From Anaerolineae bacterium (lineage in GTDB: Bacteria > Chloroflexota > Anaerolineae > CG2-30-64-16): DNA of 54,861 bases. The stretch is from NCBI GenBank assembly GCA_026645775.1, contig JAPKMS010000112.1, positions 1-54,861 of the forward strand, written 5' to 3'. Position numbers and translations under genes: made by a program. The notes below the pieces were generated by a model. The model was not told the origin of the DNA. It made no database searches and worked only from the letters and a program-made list of their open reading frames with translations. How positions within the stretch are numbered: the first letter of the stretch is position 1; every line of letters starts with the position of its first letter. Shown in pieces: positions 8,110-17,066 of the stretch.

Positions 8110-10338
8110 ATGACCGACGAATCGAACCCATCGAGCAGAGTCTCGCGGCGGCAGTTTTTGCGTTGGGCGGGCGCGACCGCGGTGGCCGGTGCGCTGGCCG
8201 CCAGCGGCCTGGATCTGCTGCATCCCCTGGGCACGGAAGCTGCGTTCCGTTCGGTGCGCCGCCTGAGCGACGCGCCCCCCACGCAGTTCGACCGCGAAGT
8301 GGCGTCCCTGTGTGAGATGTGCGTCTGGCGCTGCGGCTTGCGCGCCAAAGTCAAGGACGAGCGGATCTACAAGCTGGAAGGCAACCCCTTCCACCCGCAT
8401 TCCCGCGGCATGCTGTGCCCGCGCGGCCAGGCCGGCATCGCCACCGCCTACGATCCCGACCGGCTCAAGTACCCCCTGATCCGCAGCGGCCCGCGCGGCA
8501 GCGGCAAGTGGCGGCGGCTCAGTTGGAACGAGGCGCTGGACTACGTCGCGGCCCAGATGCTGGCGATCAAGAACCAGTACGGCGCCGAGGCGATGATCTT
8601 CAGCACGACGCACAACCTGGTCCAGACGCAGTTCGAGAACATGCTGCACGCCTTCGGCACGCCCAACTATGGGACACAGCGCTCGCTCTGCTACAACTCC
8701 ATGATCACCGCCAACCTGATGACTTTTGGCCTGGAAGAGCCGGGCCGCGATTACAGCCAGGCTCGCTACATCATCTACACCGGCCGCAACGTGCTGGACA
8801 GTATCTCCAATTCGGAGTCGCAGGATGCCATGTCGGCGATCGCACGAGGGGCGAAGGTGGTGGTCCTGGAGCCGCGTTTCACGAAGACCGCGGCCAAGGC
8901 AACCGAGTGGCTGCCCATCAAGCCGGGCACCGACCTGGCCTTCCACCTGGCGCTCATCCAGGTGATCATCGAACAAGAGCTGTACGATGCCGATTTCGTG
9001 CAGGAGTACACCGTTGGGTTCGCGGCACTGCGAGAGGCCACCCAGAGCTACACCCCCGAGTGGGCGGCCGGCAAGTGCGAAATCCCGGCTGAAACCATCC
9101 GGCGCATCGCCATCGAGTTTGCCCAGGCGGCCCCGCAAGCGTTTGCCCATCCGAACTGGCGCACCAGCAATTTCCTGAACTCTTTCCAGACCGAGCGCGC
9201 GATTGCCTGTCTCAACGCGCTGGTCGGCAGTTGGGGGCGTCCCGGGAGCCTGCAGCCGGTGGGCGGCGAGGAGGGCGCAGGGCTGGGCAGCATCCCGCAG
9301 CCTGCGTACCCGCGCACCGCCGCGGCGCGGTTGGACGGCGTGCCCTGGAAATATCCGCTGGTGCCGCTCAAGCTCGGCGTGTTCCAGGAGCTGCGCGACA
9401 ATATCATCACCGGGCAGCCCTATCAGCCGCACGGCTGGTTTGTCTACCGGCAGAACCCGGCGCAGTCGTTGCCGGACCGGACCAAGACGGCCGAGGCCAT
9501 GAGCAAGCTGGACTTCATCGTCACGATTGACGTCAGCATGAACGACACCGCCTGGTTCAGCGACGTGGTGCTGCCGGAGGCGTCGTATCTCGAACGCTAT
9601 GACCCGCTGGCCGTCGTGGACGGCACGGTCTTCATCCGCCAACCGGCCATCGCGCCGCTCTACGAGAGCAAGCCCGGACTGTGGATTTTCAAGGAATTGG
9701 GACAGCGGCTGGGCCTGGGCGACTACTTCCAGTACAAGGACGAAGAGGACTACCTGCGACAGCAGCTCGCGCCGCTGGACATCACCCTGGAAGAGCTGAA
9801 GGCAAAGGGGCACTATCGCCTGCCTACCAGCGCGGCCGAGGGTGACAAGGCGTTCGTCTTCAACACGCCGACCGGCAAGATCGAGCTCGCCTCGCAGACC
9901 CTGGCTAACAGCGGCTTCTCGGCTGTGCCTGTTTGGGAGGAACCGGTCAGCAACGCGCCCGGCGCCTTCTTCCTGCTGTCCGGCAAAGTGGCCCAGCATA
10001 CCCAGTGCGCCACGCACAACAACAAGCTGCTCCACGAGCGCATGCCGTCGAACCCGCTGTGGCTCAATACCGTGCCGGCGGCCGAGCGGGGTATCCGGGA
10101 CGGCGACGAGGTCTGGGTCGAAAGCCCGGCCGGGAAGGTCAAGACGGTCGCCTACGTCACCGAGAAGATCCGGCCCGACTGCGTGTTTATGACGTTCGGT
10201 TTCGGCCATGTCAGCAAGGCGCTCGTCACCTCCTACGGTCAGGGGATCAGCGATAGCAGCCTGCACCTGAGCTTCACCGATCCGGTGAGCGGCTCGCAGG
10301 CGCTCTCACAGACCTTTGTTACGGTCACCAAAGCATGA
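8110..10338 (+). CDS. Molybdopterin (bis-MGD) oxidoreductase catalytic subunit, PsrA/PhsA-like, Tat-exported
   Basis: 742 aa. Twin-arginine signal SRRQFLRWAGATAVAG, N-terminal 4Fe-4S motif CEMCVWRCGLRAKV, candidate Mo ligand in QRSLCYNSM. No in-frame TGA. Confidence 0.9.
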   Translation: MTDESNPSSRVSRRQFLRWAGATAVAGALAASGLDLLHPLGTEAAFRSVRRLSDAPPTQFDREVASLCEMCVWRCGLRAKVKDERIYKLEGNPFHPHSRGMLCPRGQAGIATAYDPDRLKYPLIRSGPRGSGKWRRLSWNEALDYVAAQMLAIKNQYGAEAMIFSTTHNLVQTQFENMLHAFGTPNYGTQRSLCYNSMITANLMTFGLEEPGRDYSQARYIIYTGRNVLDSISNSESQDAMSAIARGAKVVVLEPRFTKTAAKATEWLPIKPGTDLAFHLALIQVIIEQELYDADFVQEYTVGFAALREATQSYTPEWAAGKCEIPAETIRRIAIEFAQAAPQAFAHPNWRTSNFLNSFQTERAIACLNALVGSWGRPGSLQPVGGEEGAGLGSIPQPAYPRTAAARLDGVPWKYPLVPLKLGVFQELRDNIITGQPYQPHGWFVYRQNPAQSLPDRTKTAEAMSKLDFIVTIDVSMNDTAWFSDVVLPEASYLERYDPLAVVDGTVFIRQPAIAPLYESKPGLWIFKELGQRLGLGDYFQYKDEEDYLRQQLAPLDITLEELKAKGHYRLPTSAAEGDKAFVFNTPTGKIELASQTLANSGFSAVPVWEEPVSNAPGAFFLLSGKVAQHTQCATHNNKLLHERMPSNPLWLNTVPAAERGIRDGDEVWVESPAGKVKTVAYVTEKIRPDCVFMTFGFGHVSKALVTSYGQGISDSSLHLSFTDPVSGSQALSQTFVTVTKA

Positions 10339-10937
10339 AGGACAAGCGAGAGATGGATCATCCTAACACCTCGCCAGCGAAAACCCGGTGGGTCTTCGTG
10401 ATGGAGCCCGAGCGTTGTATCGACTGCGAAGCCTGCATGATCTCCTGCTCCGTTGAGAATGAGGCGCCCCTGGGCAAGCACCGCAACTGGATCGTCAAGA
10501 TCGACAAGGGCATCTACCCCAACCTGAGCACGACCTTCCTGCCCGAAAACTGCCATCACTGCTCCAATCCGCCGTGCGAGCGCGTCTGCCCCACCGGGGC
10601 CACCTATCGCCGGGAGGATGGCCTGGTGTTGGTCGATTTCGACAAGTGCATCGGCTGCAAATACTGCATGATGGCCTGTCCCTACGACGCCCGCTTCGTG
10701 AACGAGGAGAAAAAGGCAGTTGATAAGTGCACGTTCTGCGTCCATCGGCTGGACGCCGGCCTGCCGCCGGCTTGCGTGGAAACGTGCATCGGCCATGCGC
10801 GCCACTTCGGCAACATCAACGACCCGGAGAGCGAAGTCGCCAAGCTGTTGGCGAAACACCCTTACTATCGCCTGTACGAAGAAGCCGGCAGCGAGCCCGC
10901 GATCTATTATATCTACAGCAACCGGGTCATCGAATAA
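10335..10937 (+). CDS. 4Fe-4S ferredoxin subunit (PsrB/NrfC/DmsB-like)
   Basis: 200 aa. Cys clusters CIDCEACMISC, CHHCSNPPCERVCP, CIGCKYCMMACP and CTFCVHR. ATGA overlap with the catalytic subunit gene. Confidence 0.9.
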   Translation: MKDKREMDHPNTSPAKTRWVFVMEPERCIDCEACMISCSVENEAPLGKHRNWIVKIDKGIYPNLSTTFLPENCHHCSNPPCERVCPTGATYRREDGLVLVDFDKCIGCKYCMMACPYDARFVNEEKKAVDKCTFCVHRLDAGLPPACVETCIGHARHFGNINDPESEVAKLLAKHPYYRLYEEAGSEPAIYYIYSNRVIE

Positions 10938-11047
10938 GCCTTCGTTTTCTCATGTTGAGCATATCCGCGGCATGAGGTTCGTTGCGGCGAATCACCAGCG
11001 ATCGCGAAGCATCCTTTAGAAATCATCTCGTAGTGGAGCGCCTGATC

Positions 11048-12046
11048 ATGGAACACATCGAATTCCATTGGAATGCGTTGATCGTCTTCTATCTTTTCAC
11101 AGCCGGCGTGAGCGCGGGCGCTTTCTTTGTCTCCGGCCTGGCCACCTACCTGGGCGGCGAGCGTTACAAACGAATCAGTCGCATCGGCGCGCTGATCGCG
11201 CCCTGGCCCGTGATGCTGGGCCTGCTTTCGCTTGTCTTCGACCTGACCAAGCCGTTCGAGTTCTGGTGGCTCTTCCTGACGGTCCAGGCTACATCGCCAA
11301 TGTCCATCGGCGCCTGGCTGCTGACGCTTTTCACCGTGGTGGCGCTCGTCTACTTCCTGCTGTGGTTCCCGCGACCCTGGCGCGATTTGCTGAAGGCGCC
11401 CCAGCGGCGGAGTGCCCCGAACACGCCGAGGATCTGGAAGCCCCTGGACCAGGCGCAGATCAACAAAGCCCGGCGCATCGTGGCGGCCATCGGCGCGCCC
11501 ATCTCGATCGGGGTGGGCATGTACACCGGTGTGCTGCTCGGGGCGGTGCCGGCTCGTCCCCTCTGGAACACGCCCATGGTGGCCCAGCTCTTCCTGGTCT
11601 CTGCCATGAGCACGGGAGCCGCGGCGGTGCTGCTCATCGCCGCCCTGCTCCGCCCGAAGGCCGGCCATGATTATCTGCACGAGGAGCGCCGCTTCCTGGT
11701 CAGCCTGGATATCATGTTGATCCTGGTCGAGATCTTCATCGTGACGCCCTTCTTCCTGCACCAGGCCTTGAGCACCTGGAGCTCGTCCAGCAGCCTGCGC
11801 ATCCTCTTGGGCGGGCCGTATACCCTGCTTTTCTGGCTGGGCTTTGTTCTGCTCGGCCTGCTGGCCCCGTTGGCGATCGAGGGCTTCGAGCTCTTCCCGG
11901 TCGTCTGGCGGGAACAGGCGGTGCGGTACAGCCGGCTGTGGGCGGGCCTGAGCGCTACCTTGGTGCTGGTCGGCGGCGCTGTGCTGCGCTATGTGATCGT
12001 GTTTGCCGGCCAGGTGTCGCACTTCTTGCCGCTGTACACGCGTTAG
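11048..12046 (+). CDS. NrfD/PsrC-type polytopic membrane quinol-interacting subunit
   Basis: About 8 hydrophobic helices. Start taken at MEHIEFHWNALIVFYLFTAGVSAG (typical NrfD N-terminus), with GGAG upstream. Confidence 0.85.
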   Translation: MEHIEFHWNALIVFYLFTAGVSAGAFFVSGLATYLGGERYKRISRIGALIAPWPVMLGLLSLVFDLTKPFEFWWLFLTVQATSPMSIGAWLLTLFTVVALVYFLLWFPRPWRDLLKAPQRRSAPNTPRIWKPLDQAQINKARRIVAAIGAPISIGVGMYTGVLLGAVPARPLWNTPMVAQLFLVSAMSTGAAAVLLIAALLRPKAGHDYLHEERRFLVSLDIMLILVEIFIVTPFFLHQALSTWSSSSSLRILLGGPYTLLFWLGFVLLGLLAPLAIEGFELFPVVWREQAVRYSRLWAGLSATLVLVGGAVLRYVIVFAGQVSHFLPLYTR

Positions 12047-12183
12047 CTATCAGCCAATGCTGCGCAGGTGTTGTGGTAGCGACTTCAGTTGCTATGGCGG
12101 TGCAAGAACGACTGACGGCGTCATGACCGTCTTGTGTCTCAGCGTTGGCCAGCGACGGGCACACGAGAGGCTTTGAGAATTCT

Positions 12184-12831
12184 ATGCACGATCTACGACT
12201 CTATCTTGAAGAAGCAAGCAAACGGCATGATCACCTCTGCCCGCGCCTCATTCTGGGGGTGCGGATGGCAATCGCCGGTGCGCTGGCCCTGGGCCTGGAG
12301 ATTCCCAGGCAGGACAAGACACTCCTGGTCATCGCGGAGACGGACGGCTGTTTTCTGGACGGGCTGGAGGTGACGGCGGGAGTATCACCCGGCCACCGTA
12401 CCCTTCGCATCGAGGATTACGGCAAAGTCGCGGCCACGTTCGTCAGCGTGGAGACCGGTGGGGCTCTTCGCCTGGCCCCGCGGCCCGATGTGCGGGCGCG
12501 CGCCCGCGACTACGCCCCCAGCGGGACCGGTCACTACTTCGCTCAACTCATCGGCTACCAGATGATGCCGGATGACGAGTTGTTTTCCATGACGCCGGTC
12601 GTCCTGAGCACGCCGGTAGTTGATCTGATCAGCCGCGCCGGGGTGCGGACGACGTGCGCGCTCTGTGGGGAAGAGATCATCAACGAGCGCGAGATCATGG
12701 CCGACGGCGTGGCGTACTGCCGCTCCTGTTCGGGGCGGGCATATTACCAGTCGACCGCGCTCGCGCAGTGGATGATCGGTGGCGTGCCGTGGGTGGAGGC
12801 TGCGGACGCAGTCAAAACAGGACGCAGATGA
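12184..12831 (+). CDS. FmdE-family protein with a C-terminal zinc ribbon
   Basis: HDHLCPRLILGVRMA...ETDGCFLDGLEV is the FmdE fold signature. CALCGEEI...YCRSC is the Zn ribbon. The start is uncertain (TTG at 12145 or ATG at 12184). Confidence 0.75.
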   Translation: MHDLRLYLEEASKRHDHLCPRLILGVRMAIAGALALGLEIPRQDKTLLVIAETDGCFLDGLEVTAGVSPGHRTLRIEDYGKVAATFVSVETGGALRLAPRPDVRARARDYAPSGTGHYFAQLIGYQMMPDDELFSMTPVVLSTPVVDLISRAGVRTTCALCGEEIINEREIMADGVAYCRSCSGRAYYQSTALAQWMIGGVPWVEAADAVKTGRR

Positions 12832-12909
12832 CCGCGGACAAACGCGGATAGGGAAACAAACAGCGCTGGTCCGCATCCTATTCGTCACCGATGTGAGGCA
12901 AGGAGACGC

Positions 12910-13578
12910 ATGAAATCCATCACACGACCTGGCATCGTCCTGGCAGCCATTGCCTTGAGCGTCCTGCTGCTTTCTGCCTGCGCCGAGCGCTTGGCCCCCG
13001 CGCCCGTGGTTCCGACTGCTACGCAACTGGCGGCAGCCGCCACTGACCTGGCGCCGGCGGACCTGACGCGTGGGCAGCAGGTTTATCTCGACAAACAGTG
13101 TGTCGCCTGCCACAACGCGTCCGGAACCGGCGGCATCGGCGCCTCGCTGGCGGGCACGACTTTGTCGTTTGACGAGTTCCTGCATATTCTGCGTAACGCA
13201 ATTCCGCCGAAGCCCGCGTTCAACGAGGCCGAGCTGCCGGCGCAAGACGCTTATGATGTCTATAGCTGGCTTAGGAGCTTGAAGCCGACCGGAGCCTCGC
13301 CCACTGCGCCGCCCCCGCAACTTGACGCCGGCAAAGTGTTGGGCATGACGCTCTGGGTGCAGGGTGGCTGCGATGCCTGCCACGGCGCGTTCGCCCAAGG
13401 CAGCCCGAAAGGGCCGACGTTGGCCGGTTTCAGCGATACCTTCGAGCAGGAACTCGCGCGGATGCGCAAGGGTGTCGACACTATCCCCGGTCATACCGAT
13501 TCGGTCATGGACGACGCGACGTTTCAGCGGCTCTACCAATGGCTGAAAGGGGGCGCGAATCCCGAGAGTGGCTGCTGA
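12910..13578 (+). CDS. Dihaem c-type cytochrome lipoprotein (paralogue of 3949-4644)
   Basis: Lipobox VLLLSAC. Motifs CVACH and CDACH. Colinear similarity to the 3949 gene (LSFDEFLH..RNA..PKPAF.EA.LP.QD.YD.Y.W...L; CHGAFAQG...GP.LAG). Confidence 0.8.
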   Translation: MKSITRPGIVLAAIALSVLLLSACAERLAPAPVVPTATQLAAAATDLAPADLTRGQQVYLDKQCVACHNASGTGGIGASLAGTTLSFDEFLHILRNAIPPKPAFNEAELPAQDAYDVYSWLRSLKPTGASPTAPPPQLDAGKVLGMTLWVQGGCDACHGAFAQGSPKGPTLAGFSDTFEQELARMRKGVDTIPGHTDSVMDDATFQRLYQWLKGGANPESGC

Positions 13579-14125
13579 ACCTCAAGTCTACGAACTCCTG
13601 GCCCAGGCTTTGCTCTACCCGGACGCTGCGTTTGCTGCGAAGATGCAGGCACGCTTCCAGGCGCTGCCGGTCGTTCCACCTTGGGCTCATCTGATGACAG
13701 ATGCCCTGTGCAGCGATGCGTTGGAGGATCTGCAATCGGAGCACGTCCGGCTGTTCGTGAACACCTACGGCGGCGCGCCTTGCCTGCCGTATGAGTCGGT
13801 CTACACCGAGGGGCGGGTGCTGGGCGAGGCCGCGCAGGAAGTTATGGCTCTCTACGCCCATTGGGGCGTGCAGGAAACGAGCGAGATGCCCGATCATGCG
13901 GCGGTGGAGCTGGCTTTCGCGGCTCAACTGGCGCGTTTGCAGTCCCTCCTGGCGGCAGAGGAAGAACGAGCGCTCGCACGGCAGGCGTTGGAGAAGCTTG
14001 AGCGCACCCACTTGCGCGTCTGGCTGCCCAGGCTGGCAGACGGCTTGCTGACGGCTGGTCTGCCATTTTACCGGGCCTTGGGCGTCGCGCTGCAGACCGT
14101 CTTCGGCGGCAAAGAGGCTGCATGA
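13568..14125 (+). CDS. TorD/NarJ/DmsD-family redox enzyme maturation chaperone
   Basis: 185 aa. LFVNTYGGAPCLPYESVY and MPDHAAVELAFAAQL are typical of the family. GTG start overlaps the cytochrome gene's stop. Confidence 0.65.
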   Translation: MAAEPQVYELLAQALLYPDAAFAAKMQARFQALPVVPPWAHLMTDALCSDALEDLQSEHVRLFVNTYGGAPCLPYESVYTEGRVLGEAAQEVMALYAHWGVQETSEMPDHAAVELAFAAQLARLQSLLAAEEERALARQALEKLERTHLRVWLPRLADGLLTAGLPFYRALGVALQTVFGGKEAA

Positions 14126-14598
14126 CTGTCTTTCATGGAAGCGCCAGGCCGGCGGTGGGTCGACGCCAGTTCCTCACCTGGCTGACCCGCGGCTCCCTGA
14201 TGGTCGTCTCCGCGCTCGCGGTTGGCCAGATCGCGCGTTATTTTGCTTTTGAGCCCACTGCTGACGTCCCGACAGCGATCCCGATTGGCCCGCCGGATCG
14301 CTACGCGCCTGCGACGCTCACGTATCTCGGCCCGGCACGCGCCTATATTGGACGCGACAGCGCCGGCCTTTATGCGCTCGACGCTGTCTGCACCCATTTG
14401 GGCTGCCTGGTGGAACAGCGCACCGACGGCGGATTCGCCTGTCCTTGCCATGATAGCCATTTTGGCGCCGATGGCCAGGTGGAGAGCGGCCCGGCCAGCA
14501 AGGCGCTGCACCATCTGGCCCTCGAACTGGACCAGGATGGGCAGGCCATAGTGGATCGCGGCCGGTCGGTGGCCCCGGAGACGCGCCTGGCAATATGA
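14122..14598 (+). CDS. Rieske 2Fe-2S protein, Tat signal
   Basis: RRQFLTW twin-arginine signal. CTHLGC...CPCHDSHF is the Rieske motif. ATGA overlap with the chaperone gene. Confidence 0.85.
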   Translation: MTVFHGSARPAVGRRQFLTWLTRGSLMVVSALAVGQIARYFAFEPTADVPTAIPIGPPDRYAPATLTYLGPARAYIGRDSAGLYALDAVCTHLGCLVEQRTDGGFACPCHDSHFGADGQVESGPASKALHHLALELDQDGQAIVDRGRSVAPETRLAI

Positions 14599-14603
14599 TG
14601 CAG

Positions 14604-14651
14604 GCCGGTGATTAAAATCACCGGCTGGTAAAAAGTACGTTGAAACGTACT
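14604..14651 (+). repeat. Two adjacent perfect hairpins in the AT-rich Rieske-cytochrome b spacer
   Basis: GCCGGTGAT-TAAA-ATCACCGGC (14604-14625) and AGTACGTT-GA-AACGTACT (14634-14651). Confidence 0.5.
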
Positions 14652-14714
14652 GTGCGGCGTTGGGCAAACTTGTGCTAACAAGGTTCGCGACGCCGGGTTC
14701 AACCGCAGGCGGCC

Positions 14715-15752
14715 TTGCACAGCGCCATGACTACAAAGCGTCCCAACTTCTTCTACCACTTGCACCCCCCGACCTTGCCGGCGCGTGAAAGCCGTTTCGG
14801 CTACACCTTTGGGTTGGGCGGCATCTCGCTGCTGCTCTTCCTGGTGCTCGGCGTCACTGGCGTTCTGGAGATGTTTCTCTACGTGCCCACCCCCGCCGGC
14901 GCCGCTGAGTCGGTCCGCCAGATCACCTACCTCGCCCCATTCGGTTGGCTGCTGCGGAATATGCACTATTGGGGCGGACAGATGATGGTGGGGGCGGTGG
15001 CCTTGCACATGGCGCGCGTCGTGCTGAGCGGGGGCTACAAAGGGCGCCGCTTCAACTGGCTCATCGGGATGGCGTTGCTGGTGCTCACGCTGCTGCTCGA
15101 TTTCACCGGCTACGTGCTGCGTTGGGATCAAGACACCGCCATCGCGTTGGTGACGGGTACAAACCTGATCAACGCGGTCCCTGGCATCGGCCCGATGCTC
15201 TACCGCCTGGTGATCGGCGGCGCGGCGGTGGGCCAGGCAACCTTGCTGCGGTTTTACGCCTGGCACGTGCTCGGGCTGGTATCCGTGGCGGCCGTGCTCA
15301 TCGTTTGGCACAGCTTCCGCGTGCGCCGCGATGGCGGCATCTCCCATCGAGAGCCGGCGCCTGGCCCGGCGTCTCGCGTGGGCCGCGAGCAGTTGGTCAA
15401 GACCGAGTTGGTTGCAGCTCTGCTGACGCTGGTCGTGCTGGTCGGGCTCAGCGTGGCCGTGGACGCACCTTTGGGGCCCGCCGCCGATCTCACCGTGCTG
15501 GCCGCGGAGCTCCGTGCGCCCTGGTTTTTCCTGTGGATCCAGGAGCTGCTGCGGAGCGCACCGCCCTTCCTAGCCGGCGTGCTGGCGCCGTTGGCCGTGC
15601 TGCTGCTGTTGAGCGTCCTGCCCTACGCGCTCGACCGGGAACAGGCCGGGGTCGGCGAATGGTTCAACCGGCCGGGACGTGCGGCGCAAGGCGTCTTCCT
15701 GGCGGTCCTCATCACGGTCATCGCCTTAACGGCCAGGGGTCTGCTGCGATGA
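14715..15752 (+). CDS. Cytochrome b (bc/b6f-type, fused with a subunit IV-like C-terminus)
   Basis: 345 aa. RNMHYWGGQMMVGAVALHMARV and FYAWHVLGL carry the haem-ligand His residues. Multiple TM helices. Confidence 0.85.
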   Translation: MHSAMTTKRPNFFYHLHPPTLPARESRFGYTFGLGGISLLLFLVLGVTGVLEMFLYVPTPAGAAESVRQITYLAPFGWLLRNMHYWGGQMMVGAVALHMARVVLSGGYKGRRFNWLIGMALLVLTLLLDFTGYVLRWDQDTAIALVTGTNLINAVPGIGPMLYRLVIGGAAVGQATLLRFYAWHVLGLVSVAAVLIVWHSFRVRRDGGISHREPAPGPASRVGREQLVKTELVAALLTLVVLVGLSVAVDAPLGPAADLTVLAAELRAPWFFLWIQELLRSAPPFLAGVLAPLAVLLLLSVLPYALDREQAGVGEWFNRPGRAAQGVFLAVLITVIALTARGLLR

Positions 15753-17065
15753 GCGCGCACGATCGGGCAGTGGCTGCTGCGGGAATTGTCCTGGCCCTGG
15801 TTCTCCTCGCCGCCTGGGGCCGACAGGCCGGCCAGCCGCCGGTCGTACAGATCATTCCGACCCTGACCAACCGGCCAGAGCTCTGCCTGACCTGCCACGA
15901 TGGCATCGAAGAAATCAGCCCCTCGCATCCGGTCGCGGCTTTCGGCTGCACCACCTGTCACGGCGGCGATGGGCTGGCCTTGGACGCTGATCTCGCCCAC
16001 ACCGGGCTGTACGGCGGCCGCAATCCAGCCGACCTGGCCGTGGCCGATGTCGCGTGCGGCGGCGCCGACTGTCACAACGGCGATCCGGCTGCGTCCCGCG
16101 ATCACATCCAGCGGGTCAACAGCAGCATCCAGGCCACTTATGCCGGCGCCATTGCCCAGGTGCGTTTTGCCTTCGGCGCGCAGCCCGATCAGGCGGCACA
16201 CATGGGCGTCCACGCGGTGCGGGATGATCGGGTCGTGTCTCCGGACGCCGTCGCATCGTTGACGGCCTTCACAGCCGACGCAGCGGATCCTGGGTCTGTG
16301 CAGCAGTTTGCTGCGCGCTGCCTCACCTGTCACCTGTGGGCCCAACCGGTCGCCAAACCGACCTTTTATCGCGCCACCGGCTGCGCGGCCTGTCACGCGC
16401 TTTATGATGCGGACGGCCTGTACAAGGGCAGCGATCCCACCCTCTCGCACACGGAGCCCGGTCACGCCAGCGCGCATCGCTTGACCACAGCCATGCCCTA
16501 CACGCAGTGCAATCACTGCCATAACCGCGGCAACTACAATCTACCGCGGATGACCTTCGTCGAGCGCACCGATCTAGCGGCCTTGCCGGCGGCAACGGCC
16601 GCGTCCGCGCAGCGCCTGGCCGAGTACTACCAGCCCATCGGGCAGTTCACGCGTTGCGAATGGGAGTTGGATTGCGTCGACTGCCACACCACGCGGGAAG
16701 CGATGGGTGACGGCGATATCTACGGCAGCCAGGCCGACGCGCAGTATACCCAGTGTCGCACCTGCCACGGGACGCTGACGGAGGCGCCCATACTGGCCAC
16801 GATCACCGATCCGAACGATGTCGTGCTGCGCCAGGCCCAGGTCAACGGCAAGTATCCCCTGCAGGTTGGCGATCAGGTGGTGGTGACGGAGCGCGGGGAG
16901 AAGTTAGGTCAGGTTCGCTGGGATGGGGATCACCTGGTGCAGACGATGAAAGTGACGGGCCAAACCTACAACGTCCCGCTGGTCAAAGGCACGGGCTGTA
17001 CACAAAAGCCTGACGAGCAAGCCTCGCACTATTGCCACGCGTGCCACGATCACCGGCAGTCGTAG
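15749..17065 (+). CDS. Multihaem c-type cytochrome (8 CxxCH plus one CX4CH)
   Basis: Start at the ATG overlapping the cytochrome b stop (ATGA). Signal anchor present. Motifs CLTCH, CTTCH, CGGADCH, CLTCH, CAACH, CNHCH, CVDCH, CRTCH, CHACH. The 706-aa ORF in the track is an upstream over-extension. Confidence 0.85.
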   Translation: MSAHDRAVAAAGIVLALVLLAAWGRQAGQPPVVQIIPTLTNRPELCLTCHDGIEEISPSHPVAAFGCTTCHGGDGLALDADLAHTGLYGGRNPADLAVADVACGGADCHNGDPAASRDHIQRVNSSIQATYAGAIAQVRFAFGAQPDQAAHMGVHAVRDDRVVSPDAVASLTAFTADAADPGSVQQFAARCLTCHLWAQPVAKPTFYRATGCAACHALYDADGLYKGSDPTLSHTEPGHASAHRLTTAMPYTQCNHCHNRGNYNLPRMTFVERTDLAALPAATAASAQRLAEYYQPIGQFTRCEWELDCVDCHTTREAMGDGDIYGSQADAQYTQCRTCHGTLTEAPILATITDPNDVVLRQAQVNGKYPLQVGDQVVVTERGEKLGQVRWDGDHLVQTMKVTGQTYNVPLVKGTGCTQKPDEQASHYCHACHDHRQS

Positions 17066-17066
17066 A

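Noticed and set aside
7114-10266. 1050-aa ORF on the minus strand
   Set aside because: It lies entirely antisense to the YeeE/YedE and PsrA-like genes, which carry clear family motifs. Its product is low-complexity and rich in Arg, Gly, Ala, Asp and His, as expected for an open antisense frame in GC-rich DNA.
8110-10338. Possible selenocysteine in the PsrA-like molybdoenzyme, as in formate dehydrogenases
   Set aside because: The 742-codon frame is uninterrupted, and the presumed Mo-ligand position is a normal Cys codon (QRSLCYNS). There is no in-frame TGA.
10913-13539. Minus-strand ORFs of 369 aa (10913-12022) and 384 aa (12385-13539)
   Set aside because: They lie antisense to the NrfD-like, FmdE and dihaem cytochrome genes. 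Their products are charged, low-complexity sequences without motifs.
14945-15748. N-terminal 268 codons of the 706-aa ORF 14945-17065
   Set aside because: This part overlaps cytochrome b in another frame and is Arg/Gly/Ala-rich with no haem motifs. The real multihaem gene starts at the ATG at 15749, which overlaps the cytochrome b stop and is followed by a signal anchor.
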